In this document: positions 11,113 to 25,400 of the stretch, one piece after another
How positions within the stretch are numbered: position 1 is the stretch's first letter
Layout of the letters: every line of letters begins with the position of its first letter
Source of the DNA: Thalia democratica
Lineage: Eukaryota
Assembly (NCBI GenBank): GCA_965202585.1
Contig: OZ241826.1
Location: 99,448,001 to 99,512,000 of the forward strand
Length of the DNA: 64,000 bases
Direction: 5' to 3'
Translations under genes and position numbers: made by a program
Notes under the pieces: generated by a model
The model's input: only the letters and a program-made list of their open reading frames with translations
The model's database searches: none
Told to the model about the DNA's origin: nothing

Positions 11113-12935
11113 AAAAACCTGAATTAAAACATTTTTAATTGTATAAAAATTATATCTTGATCATATATTAGATATCTATTTTATAAAACATTTCATTCTC
11201 AAAGCGCTTACAGTTTTAAATTTTATAAAACACATATAATTTATCATAATACTAAATTTTTCATATTGTTTTATATACTTATTATTTTTTTTAGTAAAGC
11301 AATTTTTACTTTAAGTTTTTTTTTATACTAACAGCAGATAAGAAAAATTGATCTTTCAAAAATAATAAATAAAAAATACGTGGCCACCCTGTATAATAAG
11401 ATACACCATTCTTATTGCAGGCATGCAACTAACTCAGGGTAAGTAAGGATAGTTTAAAAAATTTCAAAAACTCAAGCTAGTTTTGATAATTTTCCAGAAT
11501 TCTTAAGATATATATTTTGAATGAAACTATACATTTTTTTAAGTTTCTTCATAATTTTTGGCGTTTTTAATGTTTTATATAGATAATTAGAACTTTTTAG
11601 ATATTGACTCATTGAAAAAGTTAAAAATAAAATTTTCCATTAGCTTTATATGACAGTTTAAAAGAAAGCTTAAAAGTTTTTCTAACTCAATGACATTTAC
11701 TGTTTTAGATTTAGTTTGAAGGTTTTCCGAAACTTTAATTGACTTTAGGTTATAACACCAAGTTTATATAATCAGTATAGCTTTTGACTTCTGTTGTTTT
11801 AAGTATTTCAAAAAATAATATATATCTACATTGCTACTAATTTTAAATGCAGAACAAAAGTTTCAATCACATCAAAGTGTGCTGTAAAAGCTAAAACCCA
11901 AGAAATGTTCAAAAAGGATTATCTATTTCAGTTATTGCATTGAAGTGTAAAAACTGAAACTACAACTGTGGCATGCAAATACTTTTGTTTTCAAATTTTT
12001 TCTGCAACTACTGAATGCCTGCCAAGCATTCCTAAAGTTTTCTTACTTACCAAGGCAAGCATCATAATTCTTATCAAATAAAATATTCTACTGAAAATAT
12101 ATGAAACCTTTTAATTTATTTAATAAAATTTTCACATATTTTTCCTTACCTTAGGAGCTTAAAACAATTTAAAAAGATATTCGGTGATCAAAACATTTAT
12201 ATACCAAATTTTGAACTAACTTATGATAAATTAATTTCAATAACATCAACTAATACATGTTTAATGTTTTATTTCTAAATAATTGGTGTCAGCTATTATT
12301 TATATTGTTATATTTTAAGAGTTACCTTTACTTTTTAAGGAAGAAAATCAAGTCTGGTTGATCAAAAACTAGCAAAAGTTTAATGAAAAAAAAAAAATTA
12401 ATTAAACTGTCATATGAAACTAATGGAAAATGTTATTTTAACTTTTTCAGTGATTCAATATCTAAAAAGTCCTAATTATCTATATTAACTATTAAAAACA
12501 CAAAAATTACGAAGAAACTTAACAAAATGTAGTTTTATTCAAAATGTATATCTTAAGAATTCTGAAAAATATCAAAACTAGCTTAAGTTTTTCAAAATTT
12601 TTAAACTATTCTTACTTACCCTGAGTGATTTGTATGCCAGCAATAAGAAAGGTGTATCTATTATACAGGGTGGCCACGTGTTCTTTTTTTTTTGAAAGTT
12701 TAATTTTCCTTATCTTCTGTTAGTATAAAAAAAACATAGAGTAAAAATTGCTTAACATAAAAAAATATTAATAAATACATAAAGCAATATTAAAAACATA
12801 GTGTTATGATAGTTTAAATGTTTTTTATAAAATTTAAAACTGTAAGTGCTTTGAGAATGAAATGTTTTATAAAATAGATATTTTGTATTTTATTTCGATA
12901 TAATTGTTATACAATAAAAACAGTTTTAATTCAAT
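11113..12935. repeat. Long inverted repeat (arms ~11113-11661 and ~12402-12935, spacer ~740 bp); foldback or long-TIR element
   Basis: The arms align as reverse complements throughout, e.g. acgtggccaccctgtataataagatacacc / ggtgtatctattatacagggtggccacgt, and cttacagttttaaattttataaaa / ttttataaaatttaaaactgtaag. Confidence 0.85.
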
Positions 12936-15479
12936 TTTTTTTTAATTGGTTATAAAAGTACATTCACTTAATTTAAAATTTGTGCACAACTATTCAAATT
13001 TAGTCAGCTCAATAAATTTATATTTGTATTGGATTACTATATCTTTTAGAAAAATAGTTCTAAATTAAATTTTTACTTTTCTCAGAAATTAAAATACTGA
13101 GTAAAAACATATTTTTTTTTTAGCTAAAACCTCTGAGTATTTAATCAACTTTAACTTTTTTGATAACAATCGTAAAAAAAAAACATTAAAACTATGAATA
13201 AAATACAAAATATCAAAAATATATAAGGAAATTATAGACTAAAATCCTTAATTTTTTTGTTGTTTTAGTCTATTTGGTAAGACTTAAATAAGTTAGCACA
13301 TACTATTTTGAGACATCTAGTTTTGGTGTTTGTTTGAATAGCAAAATAAAGCCAAAGGTAAACAATGGTATATATTACAAAATATATACTCAGGAAAACT
13401 TAATCTGTTTGTTTTTTTATTTGTAACAAAAAGTATCAATCCCTTATGTATTCAATTACATCATTAGGTTTTAGATTTTTTTATGCAACAACATTACTAT
13501 AGCTTGACTTCACTAAATGCTGACAATTATTTATAAAGATCGTGAAGTTATAAAATATTTTAAATTTACTCAACAGTTTTAACATACTTCTTTTGGAACC
13601 ATTAAAATAAAAAATAGTGCTATGTGTAAACATGTTTTGTTGTTAATAGTATATTAACATATACTTAATACTATTTTAAATGATAAAGTTATATGTTTAT
13701 TTGTTTACATGTTCTTGGGAGATAAATATATACAGTTCCTAAAATGGCTATTGTTTTATTATTAATTTTCTATCAGTAATCTTTATGGTTATAAATAATT
13801 TACTTTAAAACTTGTTAAGGTAGGAAAAACAATTGGCATTAACAATATGTTTAAAGAATAAAATTTTTTGTTTTTAAGACTTAAAAAGTTACTTACAGTT
13901 AAATACTATATTACAATTTTTTTTTAATATCAAATAGTGTAGAATAAATGTTTATGTAATTTACTATATTTTTATTTTTTCTAACAGGTAATATTTTAAA
14001 GTATGCATTCTATTTTAAATAAATTGTATACGTTTTTATGTAAAAATAACTTTTAAACAGTGTTTCAATATGTATTCTAATTTTTATTTATAGTGACAAT
14101 TATAGTTTACATAAATTAGAAAAAACTTATGTAGAAATAAACTAGTGTAAACTTATATAATAAATTTTTTTAACAATACAACTATATTTAAACACTCCCC
14201 AACCATACATTATAGCAAAAAGCTCAATTACCAAAAAAAATAATCAAAAATATGATAAAATATTATGAAATTAAAACCAAAGTTTTATAAACTAATGTAA
14301 AGTTATAAAGGGTATGAAAATTAGCAGTATTTTCTTAATGAGTTTTATGATTTAAACAAGCGTTAAAAAACTAATGACTAATTATAAATTATAAATGTTT
14401 AAGATTTGTTTTAAAATTGATAATGTCTTATCTTTAACTTTTTATTTTATATTAAATTTTAAATTTTTATAAAAGTCTCAAATGTTATTTTTTTAAAGTG
14501 TTATTTTATTCTTTGATAGTAAATGATTATAAAATAGTATGTTCATTTTGAAACCATGTTGGTTTAAGCTAATGCTACGTTTTATTTTTTATTGCAGTTA
14601 TATATACACTTTAGTTTTTTACACAATTAGTTCCTAATCTTTCCTAGTTTACTTGGTATTAAAAAATTACTTTTCTGCATAGAGTAATTATTTATATTAA
14701 ACAAAAAGCAAAGTGTTCATGTCTCTTAATATTTTTTAAATGGCTGTGATTTATAATTTATATTACCTTTTATGCCTTTATTTCAAAATTTTTAATTTCT
14801 GCTAATATAAGTATTTCATAAATGTTGTATATAAATATCTATATTTTTAACTGTGTTAGTTTGAGCAGTTTTTATACTTCTATTACATTCTAAAATATAA
14901 GGATTAAATCAACTTTCTCTTTTCTATCACTTTTCACTGTAATAAGCAAGTACTAAGTATAACAATTATCTTTCCTGTTATTTCATCATTTATAAAAATC
15001 TTAACATCATAAAAACTCAAAAAAAATGATTTAAACAAGTCTTAAATTAACAAGATCTTAAGTTTGACACTATATCAATATTAGTTTACTTTTACATATA
15101 GTTTTAGTAACCAAATTAAAGGTTTGTTTTTGGTCATTTCAAACAACTTTTGCACTTCCTTCTTACTAATTCTCTTAGTTCAGTACTGTAACTAGTCTAC
15201 AAACTAACATGTTGTTTTAAAATGAAATTAGCTTGTGAATTTCTAAGAAATTATTAGGAAGTAGAAAAAATAATTTTTTTTTATCCATAATCACTAACAT
15301 TTCTTGAGTTTTAATAATTTTCTACATTTAAATACAAAACTAATAAGGTGAGAAAATTTTATTAAACTTATTATTAATTTTTTTATTATATCTTATTTAT
15401 TTTTAATTTCAATAAAAGTAGCATTACAGTAAATTTACTTTTAAATTCAATTATTTACCTTTAATTTTTTTGTTTTTAT

Positions 15480-15809
15480 TAGGGTTGCTAAAAAAATTGG
15501 AAACCTGGAAAAACCTGGAATTTGAGAAATTATAAAAAGTTTTAAATATGAAGTAGAAAAATTTTGATTTGATAAAAAATATCTGTCAAAGAGATAAAAA
15601 AATTTGTCATATTCATAATTTTCTTATTAAAAAAACATATTTGAAGTAGGTTTAAAGTATTTAAACAATGTTTTTATACTATTAAATATAGATTTTCTAC
15701 CTTAAATTTTGCTTTAAACTAAAAATAGACCAAAAATGTGCACTTTTGAAAACATGGAGAAAATTTTGAAAACATTAAGAAAATTTGCCAAAAACATTTG
15801 ACAACCCTG
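15480..15809. mobile_element. hAT-type MITE, same family as 62427-62830
   Basis: Ends agggttgc / gacaaccctg; subterminal aaaacctggaa repeats; internal sequence aligns with the 62.4-kb copy. TSD not clear. Confidence 0.6.
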
Positions 15810-15999
15810 TTCTATACTAATCATAGATAAAAATAACTTGTACATTAAAAACATTGAATTACTTCAAAACCTGGGGAAATTATCAAGAAACCATTGGCAA
15901 CCTTGTGTGTAATAACTTAAGTTTTAATTAAAATTTATTGTTCATTTCAAAACGCCACACATAATCAGCAAACGTATTTATAAAAAAAAATGTTTAAAA

Positions 16000-16440
16000 A
16001 TTTTTCCATCACCAGGTTGAAGTTTTATACTGTTTGATCAACACCAGACTAGAAATGCATAAAAGCTTCGTGACACTAACAAAAAAGGAGTGTTGATAAG
16101 ATTGTCATTGTATTGCTTCTAGATAACGTGTAGAAGGTTCTGGATAAACTGCTGGTTTGTGATGTTGTAAGTCAACCAGTATTCTTTAAACCTTGTTAAC
16201 TTTTTACTGCTGAGTTTTTGCCAAGCATACCAAAACTTTAACTGAATAAACTTAATACTATAAACTGACTAAATATGCGTGACTTTATTTTTTTTACCAG
16301 TGGTCTGGCGCTGAGAAACACCAGTGTTTCCTTTATATTCACGATGGACAGCTTCCTTGGTCAAGCCATAAACACGTTTTAAATGTTGCAAGTGACCACT
16401 GCCACCGTCGTTGAGAGACGGAGGTTAAGATTCAAGTTGG
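16000..16440 (-). pseudogene. Highly decayed hAT-like transposase N-terminal remnant
   Basis: Fragments NDGGSGHLQHLKRVYGLT (BED-finger-like), AVKS*QGLK and KPAVYPEPSTRYL resemble the hAT pattern VE..GF..L....P.Y..PSR. Many stops and frameshifts. Confidence 0.4.
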
Positions 16441-17571
16441 TTGATTTTTGATGTGTCATGTTTGTTAAATTATTTTGGTTTTAATTTTGGGCAGTTTAAA
16501 AATATATTTTTGTCTAGTTGGTTTTTAATAACACATTCAGCATTAAAACTGTTACCAAACAAATAAAAGGTTTCTAACGTGATAATTTTTATAATATATA
16601 TCACTTCTTTAAAATAACTCAAGCAACAAAATATATTTAATTTAATTGTATATGTTAGTGCAAAGTTGGCTGTAAATCCAGAATTTAATATAATTTTCAT
16701 TAAATATGCAGCTAAGGCGGTAGCTTAAGATATATTTTTTTTAAGTCTATTTTAAATCCTAGACTTGGTTACACGACCATTAAAAATCATTAAATATATA
16801 TTTATGGCAGAAACCTTAAAATAAGTTTTACTGAAATTCCAATAAAAAGTGTTATGATATTAAAAAAAAATATTATTAATTAAAAGATCAAGCTCCTTAA
16901 AATACAAAACAATTAAATTGACGATCATCTAAAAAATTATTCAAATAAGAATACACAATGTTCTGATCTTTATTAGTTAAAACAAAAAGACATAATACTA
17001 ACATTTACCATATTTATAAGATTTAAAATTTCCATAACTTGAAACTTGTATCATTTTTTTGATACTTCAGTTTTGTTTATCATACCATTTAAGTATTAAA
17101 GGAAATAGTTCAAATAGAACAAATTATAGTTTCAGATGTCAAGTGACACAAGTTGTGATTTAAGTGCTCTGTTTTGTAATCAAAAAAAAATTGTATCAAT
17201 AATATTAGTTATCTGCAAACTTTGAAAGCATTTTAAAGTTTGAATGTTTGACATTTAATAAAAAAAAACTTTGTTTTTTTTTAATTTAAAGATCTTTTGT
17301 GTTTTATTATATACATTCTTGAAATTTAGTATATTTTCATAAAATAAGAGTATAAAGTTTTTTATAGATTGTTTTTTAGTTTTTCTCTAAATTTGAAAGT
17401 CATTTTTTTGATAAAATAAATAAATAAAACAAGCGTGATTGCACTTTTTGTATAATGTTAAAATATCCAATATTTTATAAGATATTAAAAGTCTCTAACT
17501 TGACAAAAATCATAGTGCTGAAACCTAGACAGTTAGTGGTTACAAACTTCGAATTTTGTTTATATATTTTT

Positions 17572-17613
17572 GTACCTGAAGATCTGCACTTCAGCAGTGA
17601 AATTAAGTAGTAC
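17572..17613 (+). ncRNA. Minimal type I hammerhead ribozyme motif
   Basis: gtac-CTGAAGA-t-ctgc-acttca-gcag-t-GAAA-ttaag-TA-gtac: 4-bp stem I, 4-bp stem II, intact core and GUA triplet. Stem III lacks the usual C. AATAAA at 17616-17621. Confidence 0.65.
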
Positions 17614-17768
17614 TCAATAAAATTTACTGAAAACGTATGTTGTAAATAAGAATGTGCACATATATTTATTTGTTTTTTTTTTCAAATGCCTTTACAGCAG
17701 TGTAAGTATAAACATAAATACCTGTCTCATTAACAATATCTCACAATATATTTATACCAAATTTAAAC

Positions 17769-18457
17769 GAGTAGGTGTCAGAAAAGCAAAGCGTCACTTT
17801 AGCACGGGGTGACACTTTGGCAGCACTTTAGCACGGAGTTACATTTTAGCGCGTAAAAATTTCAAATCTTTTAAAATTTTCATTTAAAAATGTTTAATTA
17901 TTTAAAATTTTTAACTTAACAAACAAAGAATTGTAAATATTAATTCTAACACTTTTAAAATATCGTCTTTTAAAAATTATAAACAATTTTTTTACTATGG
18001 GCTTAAAATGAAGTAAGAAAGTTTTTAATCCTTATATATCTCATTTTTTATTTAAAACTTATGCTTAAAATTTAGTCTTATTTAAATAAGTTAAAGCATT
18101 TAAAAAAAGTTTTGATAATTCTAGAGCTTGTATACATTGCTTGTATTTAAATTTACTTTTATTTTAGTTTTGACTAAAGCTTAAACTTGTAACTCATTTT
18201 TAGCTTGTTAACTTTTAGTTTACATGTTGCATAGTTCGTTCCTTGATTTTTCAACAATACAGTACCTAATATGATTCAAGCAAAGAAAAAAAAAAAAAAA
18301 GAAAATAAATTCTGTGCTAAAATGTTACTCCGTGCTAAAGTGTACCTCCGTGCTAAAGTGACGCCGTGCTAAAGTGTCACACCGTGCTAAAGTGTCACTT
18401 CATGCTAAGGTGTCACACTGTGCTAAAGTGTCACCTATGCTTTTTTGTCCCTTTCCC
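17769..18457. mobile_element. Foldback-like MITE with subterminal ~18-bp tandem units (Mutator-like termini)
   Basis: Left units cactttagcacgg are inverted relative to right units ccgtgctaaagtg(tcac). Termini gagtaggtgtc / ccctttccc. Exact 8-bp flanking repeat atttaaac (17761-17768 and 18458-18465). Confidence 0.8.
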
Positions 18458-21400
18458 ATTTAAACATAATAAAACCTGATATTCATTTGTGTTTATTGCT
18501 TAGCCAAAATTTGCTTATACTTGTTGTCTAGATATAAAATAGTATAGGTTTTATTAAAGCTTTATGTTCCTGACATAAGCTAAGTTCTTTTTACAGTTAG
18601 TGTAACAACTTTTTCAAATATTTTCATACTATTAGAAATTTTAAGTTATTTAAAAACAAAGATTTATTAGTTAGAAGACTAAAAATAAATTTTAATTATA
18701 GAAATTATGTTATTAAATAACAGCATAATTAAAACTAATTTAAACTAGCTTGTATCTAAAATTATTAAAAAATAGTTGTAAAAGCTATATATGACAAATC
18801 TTCAAACCAAAATACAAAAAGCATCATTGTACTAAAATTTTTTATTTTAGTTTTGTTACTATTTCTCTGGAGATAAATCTAATCAGTGCAATGTAAACTG
18901 TTTTTGTATATTTGCATGCATAATTTGATTGTAAAATAATTTTAAAGTGTGTAAATAATTAATAATTCAAATCATCTTTAAATTTTCATCTAAAGATAAA
19001 TTGCCTAATAACAATTTATTTTTTCAGAAGTCATCTTTATTGTGAAAATGACCAAAATGCACATTTTGACTTTACCCTTCTTTCCACCAGGTTAGTTTAA
19101 TGATAAAATATACGTATTATTAATGCAAAAGAACACTAAAACGTTTGAACTTTAAATAAAATTGAAATAGTTTCTAATACTAGTACAAATGTTAGAATAT
19201 CTAAAATATTCAGCAACAATTTTAAAACATTGCACAAAGGAAGTTCAGTATATATTATTTATACTAAAATAATCAAAATTATTTATTATTCACTATATTA
19301 AATTTACTTCTAAATTTTAAGTTAAAAAAAAGTAAAAAGCATTAGTAAAAGTTTTAAATTTTAGTGTTGGCAAAATTTAATTGAAATTTTTAAAGAACGT
19401 CATACTAATTCAGTATATATAGCTAAAACGTTTTTTAAAGCCTTAATTTAAACCTCAGATTGAATCTCTGAGCTGCTAACATTATCACAGAATAAAAAAA
19501 TTTGATCACAGTAAAAATAGACATTTTTTCAAAAACAATTTCCTTTATAAAAGTTATTAATTATTTTAAAATTGTTACTAAAAATAAGTTATTTGACTTT
19601 GTTTAAATTGGTTGACTTGGACTAATTTAATAATAAAATTTTTAAGTAAAATAACCCTTTTAACATTTTTGCCAAAATTTAATTTTAATTTATAATTATA
19701 AATTTGGAAAAAAATTAACAAAGTTTAAAGTTGTACTTCATAACCAGGCATAAGGTTACTTTAAAATACAGTTTATTTGTACTTGGATATATAAAAATAA
19801 CATTATTATACTTATCAACAGTAAATTAAAAGTTTTGAGGAATATGTAAGAATTATTTTATTCAGGGTTGCCACGGGCATGCTAAATTAGGCTAAGTCAG
19901 TTTTTTGGGGTCTAAATGATCAAAAGTCAGTTTTTCTAAGTCAAAATAGCAAAATGTCGAAATTATTCAGTTATAATTTACAAAGTTCCCTAATTCTCAA
20001 AGTCTTAAAATGGTAAAAAAATAATAGTTTTATTTTTAAGTCAGACTAAAACTGCAAAACTTTTCTGGAAATTTACGTACTATTAACTTATTTGGTTTAC
20101 CGTCTATATATTTTTTTTTATTTTTTTACAGGACATTTAACTCTAAACTATTTCTTAGTTAGATATTTCTTTTTTTATGCATTATTGTTTCATAAATAAT
20201 ACATAATTTAAAGTTTTTGTTTTTAAAAAGGTTCTTAAAAAAGTCTTTCGCTTCTTATTTATTATAGTTACTATTTCATTACATGTATTGTTTTCTATAA
20301 TTTCGTTTGCATTTGTGTAATTTAAATACTTTAAAAATTAAAATGGGATGAAGGTAGTCTTCCTCTTTTGATTTTAAATACTTTATGTTAGATCATGGCT
20401 AATTTTTTTTTAGTGTACAACAAACGTTTTCTAGGTAACTTCGCAGTAAACTAGGTTGAATAAAACTATTATACAGTAATAAAATGTTTTAAACAACAAA
20501 ACAGCGCAAGAACAAGTCACAAATGAAATAAGTAAACAAAAAAATCTGAATAAACTTAGCATAGGATGAATTTACATTCATATAGTATTTAAACATCAAG
20601 TCATCAAAATTTAATTATTTTTTTATTTTAAGCTATAAATTTATGAAGACTACCAGTCTTTATTTAAAAATTGTTTTAGATTTCAAAAATTATTTTTGAT
20701 GCAAGTAATTATTTTGTAACTTTTAAATTTTTCTAAGTCTCTAATTTATTGACATTTAACTTGTTCTTTGAATAGTTTATAAAATTTTACAGTTTATAAA
20801 ATAGTCTTATTATTGCTTTGTAATTTTTTTATTTTGATTGTTTTAGTTATTGATTATTAATAAGACCAGGTTTTGTTATTGATACAAAGATCATGTTTTG
20901 AATTAAATTAGTAACGCTATGCTTATATATTTCAAAGGAACATCTGTAAAAATCTAAATAGGAATTTTAAAATATGTTTTTTGAAATTTTCTGTTTGTTT
21001 TCACAATTAAAAAGTCTTTATATTGTTTATCAAAGTTTTACTTTTGCCACTAGCAAGTTAGTTAAAAACGTGGGAAAATATCGAAAGTTACAGAAACGCG
21101 CGAAAATAAATTTGCCCTTTGGGCTACTTAGAAGTTTGACGTCGATATTTAAGTGTATAATAGGCTTAAGTGGGCTTAAGTATAAGAAAGTAACGCTAAG
21201 TTTGTTTGTATTACTTATAAGTTTTGATATTAGTTCCATCAAAAGTTTTCCAAAATCAAAAACTTTTACTTTAAAAAACTCATTCTTAAATGTTAATTCA
21301 GCTAGTTCAACTTTAAAATGCTTATTTAATTAAGTTAACAATATTTATGTTATTTGTTCAATACTGTATTGGAAAACTAATATTAATTTTGTGCTTATAA

Positions 21401-22456
21401 TATATAAATAAATTATATTTTTAATATACTTATTATATCATAATAGAAAACGATTGTTTTTACTAACATTAAAATACCTTAAATGCAAAATGTTTTTTCT
21501 TTTGATTTTATTTTCAAAATCAAGTAATCCTCACATTAAGATATTAAAACAAATTTATTTTAAGATCTTTTAGATTCTGGAAACTTTTGGTGTTTTTGTA
21601 TATCAAGTATTCCTTAACAAGTCTTTCTAATAGTTAAGTAACTACTTATAATAATAATGATTTTATTTTATTTTTTACTTTAAACAAAACACGTACAATA
21701 AAAAACTATCCCAGAAAATTTTTACTGAAGTTAGTCTATAAACTTTAAGATTTGATGTTTTTATCTCAAACGTACAAAAATGTAGAATTATTTTTAGCTA
21801 ATACTTTCAATTTAAAAAAGTTGCTGTTTTAACATATCTTATTTTATAAGATGTTTTCCTTTTATTGATACATAATATATATTCTAAGCAAAGATGTATT
21901 TTTTGTACTGTTTTAATCCTTAGATTGATTGGTTTTATATTTATTGATATTACTAAACTTGGCTGGTATTACATTTTTTAATAAATTGTATTATAATTTT
22001 TTTATTCATGGTTTTGATAGCAGACATGTAGGTGTTGTATTTATGGGAAACGTTATTATACACAACAATCTAAAACAACGATTAAATTTAAGTTAAAATT
22101 ATTACTATATACAACTAAAGTAGTAACCGATTTGAAAAAAAAAAAAAATGAAATAGTGTATAAGCTTTAAAAAATCAACAATGTTATATTCATTGATTGA
22201 AAAAGACAGCACTAGCTCTCAGAAACTTAAGTCCTAATAAATATCAAAATTTGCACGATATTTTTCTGGTTAAAAAACATCACAAGTTTGAAAAAGAATA
22301 CTATTTTGTTGTATAAAATTTGTAAAAAATGTTTTAAATTTATAATCTTTTAATTAGTAACATGTATAGTTTTTTCAACTTCTAAAGTTTTTTTAGTTTG
22401 AAAGAAATCTATGTGTTCACTTTATTTTAAAGTAAATTTTTACTGTTTTTGAAAAC

Positions 22457-25400
22457 AGACATCGTCGTTCTTGAAGCTGCAGCGAAGGTGAGTATCGTGG
22501 AGACATTGTCGTTCTTGAAGCTGCAGCGAAGGAGGGCATCGTGGAGACATCGTCGTTCTTGAAGCTGCAGCGAAGGAGGGCATCGTGGAGACATCGTCGT
22601 TCTTGAAGCTGCAGCGAAGGAGGGCATCGTGGAGACATCGTCGTTCTTGAAGCTGCAGCGAAGGGGGGCATCGTGGAGACATCGTCGTTCTTGAAGCTGC
22701 AGCGAAGGAGGGCATCGTGGAGACATCGTCGTTCTTGAAGCTGCAGCGAAGGTGGACATCGTTGAGAAGTCGTTCTTGAAGTTGCAGCGAAGGTGGACAT
22801 CGTGGAGACATCGTCGTTCTTGAAGCTGAGGCGAAGGAGGGCATCATGAAGACATCGTCGTTCTTGAAGCTGCAACGAAGGAGGGCATCGTGGAGACATC
22901 GTCGCTCTTGAAGCTGCAGCGAAGGAGGGCATCGTGGAGACATCGTCGTTCTTGAAGCTGCAGCGAAGGTGGACATCGTTGAGAAGTCGTTCTTGAAGTT
23001 GCAGCGAAGGTGGACATCGTGGAGACATCGTCGTTCTTGAAGCTGAGGCGAAGGAGGGCATCATGAAGACATCGTCGTTCTTGAAGCTGCAACGAAGGAG
23101 GGCATCGTGGAGACATCGTCGTTCTTGAAGCTGCAGCGAAGGAGGGCATCGTGGAGAAGTCGTCGTTCTTGAAGCTGCAGCGAAGGTGGACATCGTGGAG
23201 ACATCGTCGTTCTTGAAGCTGAGGCGAAGGAGGGCATCATGAAGACATCGTCGTTCTTGAAGCTGCAACGAAGGAGGGCATCGTGGAGACATCGTCGTTC
23301 TTGAAGCTGCAGCGAAGGAGGGCATCGTGGAGACATTGTCGTTCTTGAAGCTGCAGCGAAGGAGGGCATCGTGGAGAAGTCGTCGTTCTTGAAGCTGCAG
23401 CGAAGGTGGACATCGTGGAGACATCGTCGTTCTTGAAGCTGAGGCGAAGGAGGGCATCGTGGAGACATCGTCGTTCTTGAAGCTGCAGCGAAGGGGGGCA
23501 TCGTGGAGACATCGTCGTTCTTGAAGCTGCAGCGAAGGAGGGCATCGTGGAGACATCGTCGTTCTTGAAGCTGCAGCGAAGGAGGGCATCGTGGAGACAT
23601 CGTCGTTCTTGAAGCTGCAGCGAAGGTGGACATCGTTGAGAAGTCGTTCTTGAAGTTGCAGCGAATGTGGACATCATGGAGACATCGTCGTTCTTGAAGC
23701 TGCAGCGAAGGAGGGCATCATGGAGACATCGTCGTTCTTGAAGCTGAGGCGAAGGAGGGCTTCGTGGAGAAGTCGTCGTTCTTGAAGCTGCGTCGAAGGA
23801 GGGCTTCGTGGAGACATCGCCGTTCTTGAAGCTGCAGCGAAGGTGAGCATCGTGGAGACATCGTCGTTCTTGAAGCTGCAGCGAAGGAGAGCATCGTGGA
23901 GACATCGTCGTTCTTGAAGCTGCAGCGAATGTGGACATCATGGAGACATCGTCGTTCTTGAAGCTGCAGCGAAGGAGGGCATCATGGAGACATCGTCGTT
24001 CTTGAAGCTGAGGCGAAGGTGGGCATCGTGGAGAAATCGTTGTTCTTGAAGCTGCAACGAAGGAGGGCTTCGTGGAGAAGTCGTCGTTCTTGAAGCTGCA
24101 GCGAAGGTGAGCATCGTGGAGACATCGTCGTTCTTGAAGCTGCAGCGAAGGAGGGCATTGTGGAGACATCGTCGTTCTTGAAGCTGCAACGAAGGAGGGC
24201 TTCGTGGAGAAGTCGTCGTTCTTGAAGCTGCGACGAAGGAGGGCATCGTGGAGACATCGTCGTTCTTGAAGCTGCAGCGAAGGAGGGTATCGTGGAGAAG
24301 TCGTCGTTCTTGAAGCTGCAACGAAGGTGGGCATCGTGGAGACATCGTCGTTCTTGAAGCTGCAGCGAAGTTGGGCATCGTGGAGACATCGTCGTTTTTG
24401 AAGCTGCAGCGAAGGAGGGCATCGTGGAGAAGTCGTCGTTCTTGAAGCTGCAGCGAAGGTGGGCATCATAGGGACATCGTCGTTCTTAAAGCTGCAGCGA
24501 ATGAGGGCATTGTGGAAAAGCTGTCGTTCTTGAAGCTGCAACGAAGGAGGGCATTGTGGAGACATCGTCGTTCTTGAAGCTGCAGCGAAGTTGGGCATCG
24601 TGGAGACATCGTCGCTCTTGAAGCTGCAGCGAAGGAGGGCATCGTGGAGACATCGTCGTTCTTGAAGCTGCAGCGAAGGAGGTCATCGTGGAAACATCGT
24701 CGTTCTTGAAGCTGCAACGAAGGAGGGTATCGTGGAGACATCGTCGTTCTTGAAGCTGCAGCGAAGGAGGGTATCGTGGAGAAGTCGTCGTTCTTGAAGC
24801 TGTTGCGAAGGAGGGCATCGTGGAGACATCGTCGTTCTTGAAGCTGCAGCGAAGGGGGGCATCGTGGAGACATCGTCGTTCTTGAAGCTGCAGCGAAGGT
24901 GAGCATCGTGGAGACATCGTCATTCTTGAAGCTGCAGCGAAGGAGGGTATCGTGGAGACATCGTCTTTCTTGAAGCTGCAGCGAAGGTGAGCATCGTGGA
25001 GACATCGTCATTCTTGAAGCTGCAGCGAAGGAGGGTATCGTGGAGACATCGTCGTTCTTGAAGCTGCAGCGAAGGAGGACATCGTGGAGACATCGTCGTT
25101 CTTGAAGCTGCGACGAAGGAGGGCATCGTGGAGACATCGTCGTTCTTGAAGCTGCAGCAAAGGAGGGCATCGTGGAGACATCGTCGTTCTTGAAGCTGCG
25201 ACGAAGGAGGGCATCGTGGAGACATCGTCGCTCTTGAAGCTGCAGCGAAGGAGGGCATCGTGGAGACATCGTCGTTCTTGAAGCTGCAGCGAAGGAGGTC
25301 ATCGTGGAAACATCGTCGTTCTTGAAGCTGCAACGAAGGAGGGTATCGTGGAGACATCGTCGTTCTTGAAGCTGCAGCGAAGGAGGGTATCGTGGAGAAG

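Noticed and set aside
19863-20060. hAT-type left end cagggttgcc with aagtcag repeats
   Set aside because: No matching right TIR or TSD found, so the element extent is undefined.
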